64,000 nt of DNA from Balamuthia mandrillaris (taxonomy: Eukaryota). Within the stretch, counting starts at the first letter, position 1; each line of letters begins with the position of its first letter. Of the stretch, positions 13,189-25,490 are shown piece after piece. The stretch lies in assembly GCA_031835245.2 (NCBI GenBank), contig JAVKOQ020000068.1, positions 124,001 to 188,000 of the forward strand, given 5' to 3'. The notes beneath the pieces are model-generated. The model was given only the letters and a program-made list of their open reading frames with translations. It did not search any database and was not told the origin of the DNA. Made by a program: the position numbers and the translations under genes.

Positions 13189-16100
13189 CTTTTCTCTCGC
13201 ACTCCTCTCTCTCTCCAAGATCTTGGAAAGCTGCGCGAATTAGAAGTGTTGCTTATGGACCAGACCGAAATGCCAAGCAGCCATCCTGAAGGACTGGCGC
13301 ACGTGTTTGCTGTACATCTGCTCGCTCTTGTCTTCTTTCTTGTTCTTCTTCCGCCTCGCTCCAACCAATCGTTTCACCTACTCATTCATTCTTCCATAGA
13401 ATTGCAACAAGTTGAGAATTGTGGATTTGTCAAATAAGTTAATGTCTGACTATCAACTGGAAGCTTTGGCTTCCCATTGTCCATCACTTGAACGAATCAT
13501 AATGGACAATCTTGGCGGTTCTTGTATTACTTGTGAAGGTTTTTGATTCTCTCTCTCTCTCTCTCTCTCGTTTTCTTTTCACCTTTGTTAAACTTTGGGA
13601 TGTTCAAACACACAGGTTTGGAGAAGTGTGCAACTGCATTTTCGAAATTAGAAGCGATGACTCTCCTTCCAGATGAAAGTGCTGAATACAGGAACGCACT
13701 CTTTGCGTTAAGACAGAGCCCTTGTCTTAGAGAAGACGTGTGGGACGGTGGTAGTTGTAATGGACCTTCGTCGTACGTTGCAACTCCGTTTACTTGTCGG
13801 GTTTATTGCTCAAATATCACTAGTTAACTCCTGTTGGTTTGGTTTGGTAAAAAGGGCTGAATACTTTTCCGATCTGTTGGAGCCCAGTTTATGCAATATC
13901 ACAAAACTCTCCATTCATTACGTGGAGCTGCAACCTCACGTACTGCCCATGATTGCTCGTTGTTGCACCAACCTGGTCCGCTTCATCATTGTTTACTGTT
14001 CCTTCGCTGCTGAAAGCATGAACGACATCCCCTATCAACACAAGAGCCTTGTATCCATACTCCGCAACAATGTGGGTCTCCAAGTGTTAAAGATTAAAGG
14101 TGGCCGTACGTATAACGTTTCGTTATTCTCCATGTTGGCTTTCTTCTCCAAGTCCACCATTACTTAACGCTTCTCTCTCTCGTGTTTTCTTCTCACCTTT
14201 TGAAGGTAAGAACATTTGTCTAAATGAAGAAGTCATAAAGCAAATCGGTCCATCTTGTCCCAACCTTCGCTCGTTGCACCTCTCTTTGGCGGATGGTACT
14301 TTCGTTTCCCTTCATTCCAAGAGCTTGGAGAAGCTATATATCGCAGATGCCCAACACGTTGCCTTCGACATTGATTGCCCACAGTTGCGTTCGTTCTCAT
14401 GCACTGCTTATGGGATGGAACCTGCTCAGGTCTGACTTTCTTTGTTCATCATGTGACGCTTTTTTCTTATTATGTTTCTTGTAATAGTTGGACTTATGGA
14501 AGACTCTGCTTTGCCATGGACCCACTTTGCAAAAGCTTGACATCGATACTGTGCGTCATCTCTTCTGCTTCTCTTTTTCTCTCTCTCTTCTGTTCTCTCC
14601 CCTCTCTTGCTTCATTTGTTAATGTCATTTACAGTTATTACCTGAAATGTTAGCAGAGCTCTCAAAGAGTTGGCTATTCCCTCTGCTGCGATCACTCACG
14701 GTCCACACAGTGACCCAACAGCCTGAGTCTAGAAAGCACTACTTCGGTGATGAAGAGGTACAAGCACCTGGAATATTTTCTTTGTTTATTTTAAAGGTAT
14801 TCGTTTTTTCTAACATTACACATAATACACATTACACACAGTGTAAATATTTAGACACGTTTTTGCACCAAAAACCCCACATTTGTTTTTCAAAGTCGGA
14901 GACCTTTGGTTTTGTGGACGTCATGGATATGGTGTCGTGTCCTCATCTATGTCAGCGCCTGGAATCCATCGAGGTAACGATTGGGGATGAGCCAATAGCG
15001 TTGAATCGGTTCCAGAATTTGGTGTCGTTGAGTATCTTCACCAGTGATTACGGTACTTCTACACTCTGTTCCCTCGTCCTTCTCTCTTTCTCTCTTTCTC
15101 TCCTCCTCCTCCTCCTCCTCCTCCTCTCCTCTCTTCTCGCTTCTGTTCCTTCATGCAACTTAAAAACTTCATGAGAACAGTTACAACTACATGGATAGAA
15201 GCGTAGTACAGCCACACCGAAGCTTGCTGAGCTCGTTGCCCATTACAATCACCTGCTGACAGGCTTTCGCCTTCGTCACTCCTCCCTACGGTCTCTCCGG
15301 TTGGTCCAGTGGCGTAAGGTCTTACTTCTTCTTGCCCGTCTGGCTTCTTTCTCTTCTCCAGTTCTTTTGTTTCTTCTTCGAGTTGACTCAATATTCATCA
15401 GTTGGTGGAGTTCGAGCTTGATTGCCCCAACTTAAGCCAGATCGAACTGGAAAACTGCTCTCTGATATCGGAACGCGCTTTAACCACTCTGTCAGATAGC
15501 TCAAAGAACAATGTGCCTTCACTGGTGGAACTTTGGTGCCAACATGAACGTAGGGGTCACTTAATCCCTGACAGCAGAACACCAGAAGATGCCATCGTCA
15601 TTCAGGTGCTTTTAGCTTGTATTAGTGGTTATTTGACCTTATTCTCATCTGTTGCTTGTTGATGTAACAGAGTTGTCCCGTTTCTGTGCAACGCCTTAGC
15701 ATGGAGCGAACGTGGAACATAGTGGAGCTGAACTTGTGTTGCGCCAATCTTCGCACATTCAAACTAAAAGGCATGAAATGCCTGCAAGTGCTTCGTTTGG
15801 ATTGTCCCAAGCTACTAAACCTTACCGTGGACATCGCTCCGAGGTTCGTTTCTTTCTTTTAAGTGTTTGTATGTCTTGTAGTGATTTCTCTATTAAAACG
15901 CAATTGACACAGGTTAAACAACGTGACTCTAAATCTTCCAGAGCTTATTCAGATGGTTTTCTTGCTTGCTGTACCACCGCCAGAAGAAGCTGAGCGAAAA
16001 CAGCGCACCTCTCAACAACTCCTCCGAAAGTTTATGCTCTTATCTACATCTAATAACGATCGAACAACCGAAGAACACGAAGGAGAGGATAGCATCTTTC

Positions 16101-16626
16101 ACCTCGAAATACGTTCTTCTCTCCCCCAACTAAGATCACTCTCCATACAAATCGACAGCGATGATGATGGAAATGATGGGCAACCTGGCGGTGAAGAAGA
16201 AGATGAAGAAAGCGAAAAACAGCAAAACATTCTCTTCACCAGCCATCTTCCTCATTACCAAGCCGTGTGGCACATACTAGAGCGAGCAACCGGGCTGCTG
16301 AATCTGAAAGTGGACGCAAAGTTGTTGGCTTTGGCTCTCCCTCGCTGGATGCAGTCTTTGGAGGAAGATGACGTGATCCCATCCGAGATGACAACCGAAG
16401 AGGCGGAAGAAGTTGTTGCACATTTGAGGAACGCTTGTCCGAAACTTTGGAAACTGGAGTTCATACAGGCTTATGTAGAGCCCAAGGTACCTTCTGCCCA
16501 ATTGTTTTATTTTTATCTAAAATATGTTTGCTAGCATAAACTTCTTCATGCGCTTTATGAACGTGCAACAAGACTCGAACGGCCGTGAATATGCGTTGTG
16601 GTTCCTCAAGTCTTTGGATGACATAA
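12115..16626 (+). CDS. Large multi-exon RNI-like/cysteine-containing leucine-rich repeat protein
   Basis: Repeated motifs such as LDLSDCRQLLDEQV, CNYITDDGLRSLEHCSNLTSLSL, CPNLRSLHLS, CPQLRSF and CPNLSQIELENCSLI in GT-AG exons. N-terminal PSLQWLC motif. Confidence 0.75.
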
Positions 16627-16719
16627 GAATGACCTTTATTCCTATCGTTATAATTCTGATAATCATTAAGAAGCGTTTATTTATTAGACAAAAGATAAAA
16701 GAAAACGCAAAGCTTTATA

Positions 16720-17441
16720 ATGGGAACAGATATCTTCTTTTACAAGGTGCTGAAGAAGGACGGCAAAGTGGTTGTGATCGATTACCAATCCGGCCAATCC
16801 ATGGGCTTAGCTCCCTCTGGGACGGACCCAGAAGCCAAAGCCTTTTGGGTTTGTGCTTGGCACCGGAGCCTTCAAGTACGAGGGCATGAGGAGCGTGCCC
16901 AACTGCCCTCTAGCGAGACATCCCATCTGGCGGCTACCCAATGGAGATGTGCTCATCAGGCATTTCCGTGGCGGAGGGGAAGAGCTTGAAAGGCTGACCA
17001 AACCATTTGGTCAAATGTCGGGCTATTCCATCAAGCCCAGTGGCTGTGAGGCTGGGGAGGTAGAAGCCTGTGTGTCCTACGCGAACGCAGAGGAGGCACA
17101 ACGAGCCATCGATGCGCTGAATGGGATGGAGTTTGCCGGAGTTAGGCTGCAGGCCTGCAGCAAGAATGCTACGGAGGGACCCGAATGGATATTCAGCTTT
17201 GACCACCCAAAGTCCAGTTTTGAACTCTTTATCGAGGTAAGAGCGCTTTGTTGGCATGTATGGCCTCCTCTCATTTATCTATCTTCGCAAACAACAGGAG
17301 GTGAAAGAAGTCAGCGTTGAGTACGAAAACGAAGAGGAGACGGAGGAGTATCTCAACACATCAGCTACCTATGAAATCACTTTCAAGGATGCTTCCTTTG
17401 TGGAACACCTTCAAGAAGGTGCCTCTTGGTGGGGTCGCTAA
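16720..17441 (+). CDS. RRM-domain-containing protein (5' end needs an intron or frameshift)
   Basis: ACVSYANAEEAQRAIDALNGMEFAGVRLQA is a typical RRM second half. Intron at about 17237-17297. Confidence 0.6.
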
Positions 17442-18038
17442 GTTGCATTCATTAACAATATACCCAGAATGCTGTGTGGCAAGATTTGATAGTAAAATCC
17501 TAATGGTATCAGTTCCTAACTTTGATCCATGTACCATTTACCAAAAGCTTCTTGTCTAAGCAAACAACGAAGCGCAAGTATTCCATCCAGTAACAACCTG
17601 TTGTTCGGGCGTTCTCTTTATGTAAAGCAATCGTCTGCAGGTCGTCAGCATCCAATTCTTTAAGCAGCATTGCCTCCTCCTCTTGGTCAAATTCCCTGCT
17701 AGCACATCTTCGCTACGTGCCGGTGGGACCGCCAGCCTTTCCTCCTCTCCGGCGATGACCTCGTTTGCAAGCCGTTCTTTGCTGCAGCATGGTCTCCTGT
17801 TCTTCATCTTGGGGGTTTGCTGCTGCTCCACCGCTTACGAGGCAAAAAAAAAAAAGGAGATATTTTCATGTCGTCGCGAAATATTAGATCAGGAAAAGAA
17901 GATCTCGGGCAGAAAATTTCAAAACACCAATCAAAAATCAAAAGTTCGAGTGACGAAGGCCGTTGGTGACTGCTGACTTTAGCATGATGTGTGTGTGTGT
18001 CTGTGGTTGTTGTGCTGTATTGTTTCGCCAGCAATGGC

Positions 18039-18689
18039 TCAAAGGTTGTTCTTGAAGGAAGGTTTTCGCTTTTGCATGAAGGCCATCATGGCCTCCACCA
18101 AGTCCTCGCTGTGCAAGAAGGCGGCGTTCCAAAGGCCGACGTGCTGCAAGCCCTCCGCTAGGGTGTGTTCTTCAGCGTATTCCAACACTTTCTTCGTGCC
18201 TTGCACGACCAAAGGAGAGAGGTCGGCGATGGTTTGGGCCATCGCTCTTCCTGCCTCAAGCAGTGCTTCTTTGTCTTTGTAAACCTTTATTTTTGAGCAA
18301 AGTTAGAACAGAATGAAGGCCGTACGACGTCAAAAGAGAATGTATGGATAACAATAAGAAATAAAAGGCAAGAAACGATGAAAGTAAAAAGGTGAGAAAG
18401 AATACCCGAGTGACGAGGCCGTGACGAAGAGAGCGCTCGGCAGAGAGGGGCTCGCTGGTGAAGGCCATCTCACGAGCAACGCCTTTGCCCACTATTCTTG
18501 TTATTCGCTGTAATGTAATGTTATTTCTATGAAAGAGAAGAGCACAAATAGAGAGAGAGAGAGAGAGAACCTGAAGAGTACCAAGGTCAGCAACGATGGC
18601 TAACTTGGTTTCTGCGATGGAAAAGGAGGCATCCTCCGTACAGATCCTTATATCACAAGCTTTTTTTTGATAAATGAGAATAAGAAAAC

Positions 18690-18737
<48 letters not shown>

Positions 18738-19220
18738 GAAACCCGTGACGAGGTCAACACCGCCACCAATGCAATGGCTGTGAACGGCAGCAATGACGGG
18801 CTTCTTGCACTCCTGTATTTGGGTCATGCTGCCCTGCCACTTTTTCAACATCTTCATAAACTCAACGCTGATGGCTGCTCTGCTCTTGCTAGTGTCTTTT
18901 GTTATTTAACGTCAGTTCAAACCAAAAAACAAAACGACACGATTATTTTAAAAAAACGTACCAGGCATCAACAGAGAAGCAGCCTTCAGGTCTAGTCCGG
19001 CAGTGAAGACCCGTCCCTCCGCCCACAATAGCACCACACGGACGGTCTCATCCTCGTCCAGCTCTTTGAAGGCGCGGCCCAACTCCTCGAAGAACGTGGG
19101 GGTCATGGTGTTCAGCTGCTTGGCGCGACAAAGCACCACTTCGGCAACGCCATTGTCCCTCCGGTCGATCCGCAGCGTGGTGTAGGCTGCCACCGCTTGT
19201 TGCGTCTCTCTGGAGGCCAT
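18039..19220 (-). CDS. ECH1: Enoyl-CoA hydratase family, delta(3,5)-delta(2,4)-dienoyl-CoA isomerase-like
   Basis: FTAGLDL, KPVIAAVHSHCIGGGVDLVT, ADLGTLQ and SPLVVQGTK motifs. Confidence 0.88.
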
Positions 19221-19756
19221 CTCTCTCTTTCTTTCTTCGATTTGTCCAAGATCAATTACGTAACCGATCAGATCGTTCTGTGTTTTTTTGAATTGGAGGG
19301 CATTTCGAATCGCGGTGATGACAATTTCATTTTTGTGTTGGCAAGTGTCGGCAAAAAATTTTCCCGCCAAAAATTTCCCCGTAATGAACTGATGGAAACT
19401 TGGCGTTTTTGCTGAGACGCGAGAAAGCGGTAGCAAAGAGAGAGCAGCAGCAGACACAAAAAAAAAAAGATGTGACAAAAAGTATTATTTTGTTTTTTCG
19501 TTTCGCTACTTTTTTTCTACCCCTTTTTTTAAGCCGTATTTGAGAAGGGGGAAAAATAAGACAGAAAGGAAAAAAGTAGCGACAAATCAGATTAGAGGCC
19601 GAAGCAGCAGCTGAAAGGAGTAGTAGCGTTGAGGGCCAAGACCAAAGGGGAAGAACGATCGCGTTGTGAAGCAAGAAAGCTAACCGTATTGGAGAGAGTT
19701 GACTGTGTAAAGAAGGAAAGACGACTACGAAGTTCGGTGCGCCTTCTTTTGGTACA

Positions 19757-22700
19757 ATGAATGTAAGATTAGAGTGTTCTTTGGTACAGTTTGGGGCTTC
19801 GATGTGCTCACGCTTACTGTTTACAGCTTGCCCAGGTGCTATCCTCCTCTTCTTCTGTACCCGATATCGTGGTATCTCTTCGCGATTACTTGGCACAGAG
19901 CAAAGGCTCGTCCGGCAATGACGGAGACAAACTAGACAACGAGACCTGCTCCAAACTTTGTGCTTTGCTCGTTCAGGTAGTGCTTCTCTCTGCTTTCTTC
20001 TGGACCTTGTCTGCTTACAGTTACACCTGTGAACAGGAAACAACGCAAGGCAACTACGAGCACGCTTTGGAATTTCTTCAGTGCCTTGAAGTCTTACTGG
20101 ACGATGACTCTGGACAACAGCTCCAAGTGGCCCTTTCCAGCAACATCGTCGCTACCTTTGGTAAATACAAACACTGCCCCATCTCTTCTCTTTCCAATTA
20201 TTTAGGCTTAGTTTTCATACTTCTTGTTGTTTGTCTTTTAGCAACAGTGTATGAAAAAATCAAAGACGATGCTAGCCCTGGCGCTGTTGCTCTCTTGAGT
20301 GATTTGTTTTCTTGTCTGGAGGATCTATGCCAAGCAAAGACAGGTCAGATTGAAGTGGGACGATGCCTGTCACAGGAGTTGATGCGGTGGGCCATTGGAG
20401 GGGTATCGAGAGCTGACAGGACAACAGAAGATGTAGTTCAGCTACGATGGAAGGCTGTTGGTGCCCTGAATGCCCTACTGGCCCGATGCAAAGAGAACCA
20501 TCAGCGCATTCGCTCATGTGGCGACTATCGAAGCAATCTGTATCATATCCTCTTTCTCTTCCTCTCTGTTCGCTTCTTACCTACTCACTCGTCGCTCTTC
20601 TCCAGTTTGCGACTTTGTCAAGAGTTAAAAACGATGGATGGTAACGTAATTACGCTACATTTTTCTAAATTGTGAGTTACACCTAACGTTGCCCTTCCCT
20701 TCAACATCAGATTATCCTACTCAAGTTTTGTTGTTAGAAGTTGTATACAGAATCGCGCGCTCAGAAACCGAGGACACCCTTGCTCCTGCGTTTGGCGACT
20801 TGACCTTTGCACAACAGTTCAAACGCATCAAAAGCCAAACATTCGTGCAGAACGGTCGTGACTTTCTATGTTTCCTGAATTCTATGCAAGGAGAAAAACA
20901 GATGTTAGTCTTTTTTACCTTCCTTCCTTTTTTTTTTCTATTTTTCACCTTTTGATATGATGGGACAACAGCATTCATACTTTCCAAGTGAAGAAGCTGA
21001 GTCTGAATGGCGTTGGTTTTGGTCCTTTGCATCTTTATTTTGGCGTTCGCGACTTTGTGTTTTGGATATCACCAACCGCGTCATCATCTCCTGAGGTGAG
21101 AGGAGCACCTTTTCTCTCTTTCTGCATCTATCTTCTCTCTTCTCTCTTTCCTCATACTAATCTCTTCATTCAAAACTTAGTTGTTTGACGAAGATGACGA
21201 CAGCATCCTCATTAGAATACGATACAGTGATATCCAATCGCTTCAACTACACGTTAAGTGCTTGAATATCGTTACCACTGACGTTGAGGTCCTGCCAGAG
21301 GTACACATTATCTCTCCCTTTCGTTGTTGGTTGTCCGTGTTCTGTCGTCTTTGTTTTGTCATATTTTATTGTTTGTGCTCATTTGATTCGTTACCGTAAA
21401 GGTCAAACCAAAGCAAGGAAAAAACGAAATCAAATTGGAACTTGCCTCACCTGCGTTGCAAACCATTCAACGTTTTATTTTCCCTCGTATTCAGGTACGT
21501 TCGGTTCGCTAGTTCTCTTCTCTCTTCTCTCTCATGATATCTTCGCGACAGGAGAGTACAAAGGGCAAAGCAAAGATAGTGATACGAAGAAAAGCTTCGT
21601 GTGCAATCCTTCCGCAGCTGCCATTTCAGACTGTTCCTTCTTCTCCCTCTTCCTCTGGCCAACGAACTCACGCAAGCCCTTCTTATCCTCCTACCCAACT
21701 TATCGTCATCGAAGATGTTGAACAACAACAGCAACAACAAGAACAAATCCGGGAAGGCATTGTCGATGACATGGAAACAACACAAAAAGAGAAGGAAGAC
21801 GATCATTGCAGCCCGAAACGACATCACACGAATTGCGACGACGTTGATGATAATAATGACGACGAGAATGATAATGATAATCATGTTCAAACTCAAAGAA
21901 CAGATGGTAAAGGTGATGAAGGAGAAAATGTGGTTGAGAGAGGAGCAGAAGATAAGTTTGAAAAGGTGCAACAAAAACGAAGAAAGCTTAGCAGTAGGGA
22001 TGTGACGCAACAGTCCTCGACCCGATCAGCAACAAGAAGTGCTTCGATAGCTACAGCGGCATCAACGACCAATGAAAAGGCGTTAACCTCGCGAAGAAAA
22101 ACTCAGAGAAAAAAAGGTTCTTCTCCTCGACCTTCTCCGAGAAATGCTTCAATGAAGAGGGACGAAGCAATGTGGAAAACGCATGAATCAAGGTCTTCAT
22201 TTTCCTCCAACAAGAACATGGCATCAAGAAGAAGCGCTGCCGATGAGCGTTCGATGGACCATACTTGCTACTTTGGCGAGGATGAGAGGGATGCGATGCG
22301 CGCTTTTGCTTCTTCTACTTCGCTGTCGAGTCAAGTTTCCTTTTACAAAGGTTTTTCTGCCGAAGATGGCCTAGGGTTTGTTCTTTTTTTCGCTTTTCTC
22401 TTATTTATTATTATTAACAAAATCAATAGAGACATTTGTTCATTGATGCAGACGCTTCATGAAAAGATCGACCAAAAGGCTGCCACTAATATCCACAAGC
22501 TGAGCATCATGTCAGAGGAAGCCGCTGAGAAGATTGAAAGGGATATGAACCAACTCCAAACTAAAATTCGTACTGCGCGGTATCTATGCTGCTTCCTCTC
22601 TCCTGTTCTGCATGCTTGTTGAATGCATTTTTAATTGTGCCATCAACAGGGAAAAAGTAGCCAGTGAACGAACTGTTGCTTTAGCGAAGACAACTGCTGC

Positions 22701-23191
22701 CATGAAAGGTTCGAAAATGTTTACAGCTTTTCGGTTTGTGCACACGGCTAACAAACCCAAACAGAAAACAAAAAGAGATGGCAGGCGGCTTGGGCACAAT
22801 TCGCACAAGTACAAGAAACATTGGAGAGACATAAGCAAGAGCATCAAGACCTATGGCGACAATTCACGCGCGAAAGAGAGGATTTCACCAAACAAATGGA
22901 ACACATTGGTTTGCATTCCTTCTCTTCTGTTAGCCTTGTGCCGCTAGCTAATGTCAACAAAAATAGAGAGGCGATCAGAGCAAGCATTTGAGGCGTTGTT
23001 GCAGCGCGCAAGAGAGGAACAAGAAGCGCTGCAACAAAAGGCACTGCAGGTCAAAAGGGTACATTTGCTCTTCTTCACGTTCTTCATGAATGAACGACGA
23101 CTGATATTCCCACGAATGACAGGACAACAGCATGCTCCAAACGTTCTCCAAAGGGCTCATGGTCAACAACCTCTTCGCCAAAGAGCAGTGA
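19757..23191 (+). CDS. SYCP2/Red1/ASY3-like meiotic chromosome axis protein (ARM-like domain, PH/Spt16M-like domain, disordered region, C-terminal coiled coil)
   Basis: SDYPTQVLLLEVVYRI...FKRIKSQTFVQNGRDFLCFLNSMQGEKQ.IHTF resembles the SYCP2 ARM-like/Spt16M-like junction. Coiled-coil exons at about 22430-23191. Confidence 0.65.
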
Positions 23192-23489
23192 GAAGAAAAG
23201 AATGGCGCCTCCTCCTTAAACATCACAAAAAACCAACCAACCTCAACTTCACCAGCACATCACATGTACACCACGGCAAACAAAACAAAGTTGCAAAAAC
23301 TGCACAAGACAGAGAGCGCAGAGAGAGAGAGAGAGAGAGAGAGACTAAGCGAGGTGCCCTAATCGGTTCTTTATTGGATTAAGTGCGTCTTCGGTCCTGA
23401 ACCGTTCCTCACCCTCGAGCAGCTTTCCGGTTTAACTTTTTTTTTTACCCAAATCACGGTGCTAAGGTTCTCGAAGAAGAATCCATTGT

Positions 23490-23825
23490 TTATTCCACCT
23501 TTCGTCGGAAACGGCAGCCCTCCGTCAAGCGGCAGCGTCCGCCAGTAGGTTGGCAAAGAACAGTTGTGCAGCCGGCACAGAGAACGACGGTTTGAGCCTG
23601 AGGTGAAAAGAGCAGCGGTTTGATCAGGATTTTGATAAAATTGGGGAAAATGTAGTGGATCGAGAGGATAGAAGTGCAACTTACGTGAGAGAAAACGGTG
23701 GTGACGTTGTAGCAGCCAGGGCACTTCACGTCCATGAAGTAGCTGTTGGGGCTTTGCACCAAGCGCTTCAGCTTGTGCTTCCTGGCTTCCTCTTCAGGGC
23801 TGGGGTGGAGAAGGTCACGGTTCAT
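23490..23825 (-). CDS. RPS27: 40S ribosomal protein S27 (eS27); one coding intron and one 5'UTR intron
   Basis: [35 protein letters not shown]...[28 protein letters not shown]. Confidence 0.97.
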   Translation of the reverse strand: MNRDLLHPSPEEEARKHKLKRLVQSPNSYFMDVKCPGCYNVTTVFSHVSCTSILSIHYIFPNFIKILIKPLLFSPQAQTVVLCAGCTTVLCQPTGGRCRLTEGCRFRRKVE

Positions 23826-24266
23826 GGCTGCAAAAAAGAAGAGATCATAAGTTTGATTCGAAATAATCAAAGCAACACAATAATACCACAAAACAAACGG
23901 ATGCCGTAAAAACAACAAAAGGATGCCAAAGATCATAATTTTGCGATACCACACACAAAGACGGACAGCGATTCACAAACAGAACAAGCTCGAACGGCAA
24001 AAGGAACACAAACAAGAGTAAAAAATAGAAAGAGGCAAAGATGCATACCTGCTCTGTGGGTAGGGTCGAGGTGCGGGTGGGTATCCTAACTTTTTTTGAC
24101 TGAACAAGAGAGAAGAGGGGGAAGGATGGGGATACGCGAGGACGCCTCTTTTTTTTTGATTGTAGGAACCCACGTAAAATTTTGCAAATGACCCCTCTGA
24201 ATATCTGAAATTTCCAGATGTCGACGAAGATATTTTGTGTCGACACGAAAGCAAAAAGAAAGAAAG

Positions 24267-24960
24267 ATGTCTTTGGCGGAGGAGGAGACAGAGTTGGAGC
24301 GAGAACGAGCGTTGCGTGGCCAAAAGGCTCTGCACGATGCTGCCGTGACGTACGCTCGGTACCTGGAGCCTTCATCAAAAACGCTATCGCAGGTACAACC
24401 AACCGAATTCGAATCCGTTTTTCTTTGTGTTAAACTTACTATGCTCTCTGGCTTAAAAGATTAAAACCATCGATGATGCGGTTGAAAATATGTTAGCCAG
24501 ACTGGAAGAGTTTACTGCCCTCCTCAACTCGGTATGTTTGTTCGCCCATCTTTTTTTGTTTGTTGAGAACCACAGTAGAAACCTTACGATTTTCAAAGAT
24601 TGGAAAAGAGAAAGATCAGATCACAGAGAAGCTGATTCCTTTGTTGCTCGTGAAGGCCAAACAACTTGAGTCTCTGTTCACTGTCATTGACACTTTTCAG
24701 GTTCTTTCCTTTCTCTCTCTCTCTTTCATTTATATGTTTTTATTTATCAATAAAAAAGAGTTATGTGGATGCTGTGAAGAACTCGGTCGACCAGATGGAG
24801 GAACGAGTGCAAAAAACGGAAGATAAGTACAACCAGCTCAACCCCACATCCATCGGCAAAGTTCTTGGCGCCTTCCGATTGGTTTGTTATCGCTCTTCTC
24901 TTCTCTTCTCTCTCTCCCTCTCTCTCCCTCTCCCTCGCTGTCTTACGGTCTCTCGTTTGC

Positions 24961-24993
<33 letters not shown>

Positions 24994-24995
24994 CG

Positions 24996-25033
<38 letters not shown>

Positions 25034-25343
25034 TGTTGTCTCTTTCAGTTTTGTTTCTGTTCTTCTTATCCTTGTTGCTTGCAAACTTAAACAGAGAAGT
25101 ACGTCTTTGACCCAACGACGAAGCGCCAACACCGCCAACGCCACACAAGACACAAACGACTCCACCACTACCACAACGACAGAAGAGGAACAAAAGAACA
25201 ACAACAACAAAGAGAAAGAGCAGGAGCAAGAAGAGGTGGTGGGTGCCATGCCGACGTGGGACCCGCAAACCATCAACATCATCAACACGGCAGAGCTGTT
25301 GAACTTGAAACAAAGCCTTTTGGCTGGTTTAAGCTCCTCTTGA
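24267..25343 (+). CDS. BLOC1S4: BLOC-1 subunit 4 (cappuccino/CNO)-like
   Basis: IDDAVENMLARLEEF...LESLFTVIDTFQSYVDAVKNSVDQMEERV coiled-coil pattern. Confidence 0.75.
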
Positions 25344-25490
25344 AACTGATGGAAGCAAGAGAAGAGAACATCCGTGAAACATGTAACAAACACATCTCTT
25401 TTTTCTTTCTCTTTTATACGCACAAAAAAAACAAGAAAGAGAGGAGAGAAAAAAAAGATATCACCGAAAGAAGTAAAAGTGGCACCGTTT

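Noticed and set aside
17556..17976. ORFs of 91-97 aa between the RRM gene and ECH1
   Set aside because: No motifs or convincing start/splice structure; possibly a decayed fragment, but unsupported.
18039..18060. ECH1 C-terminus NNL as a peroxisomal PTS1
   Set aside because: It does not match the canonical (S/A/C)(K/R/H)(L/M) pattern, so targeting cannot be called from sequence.
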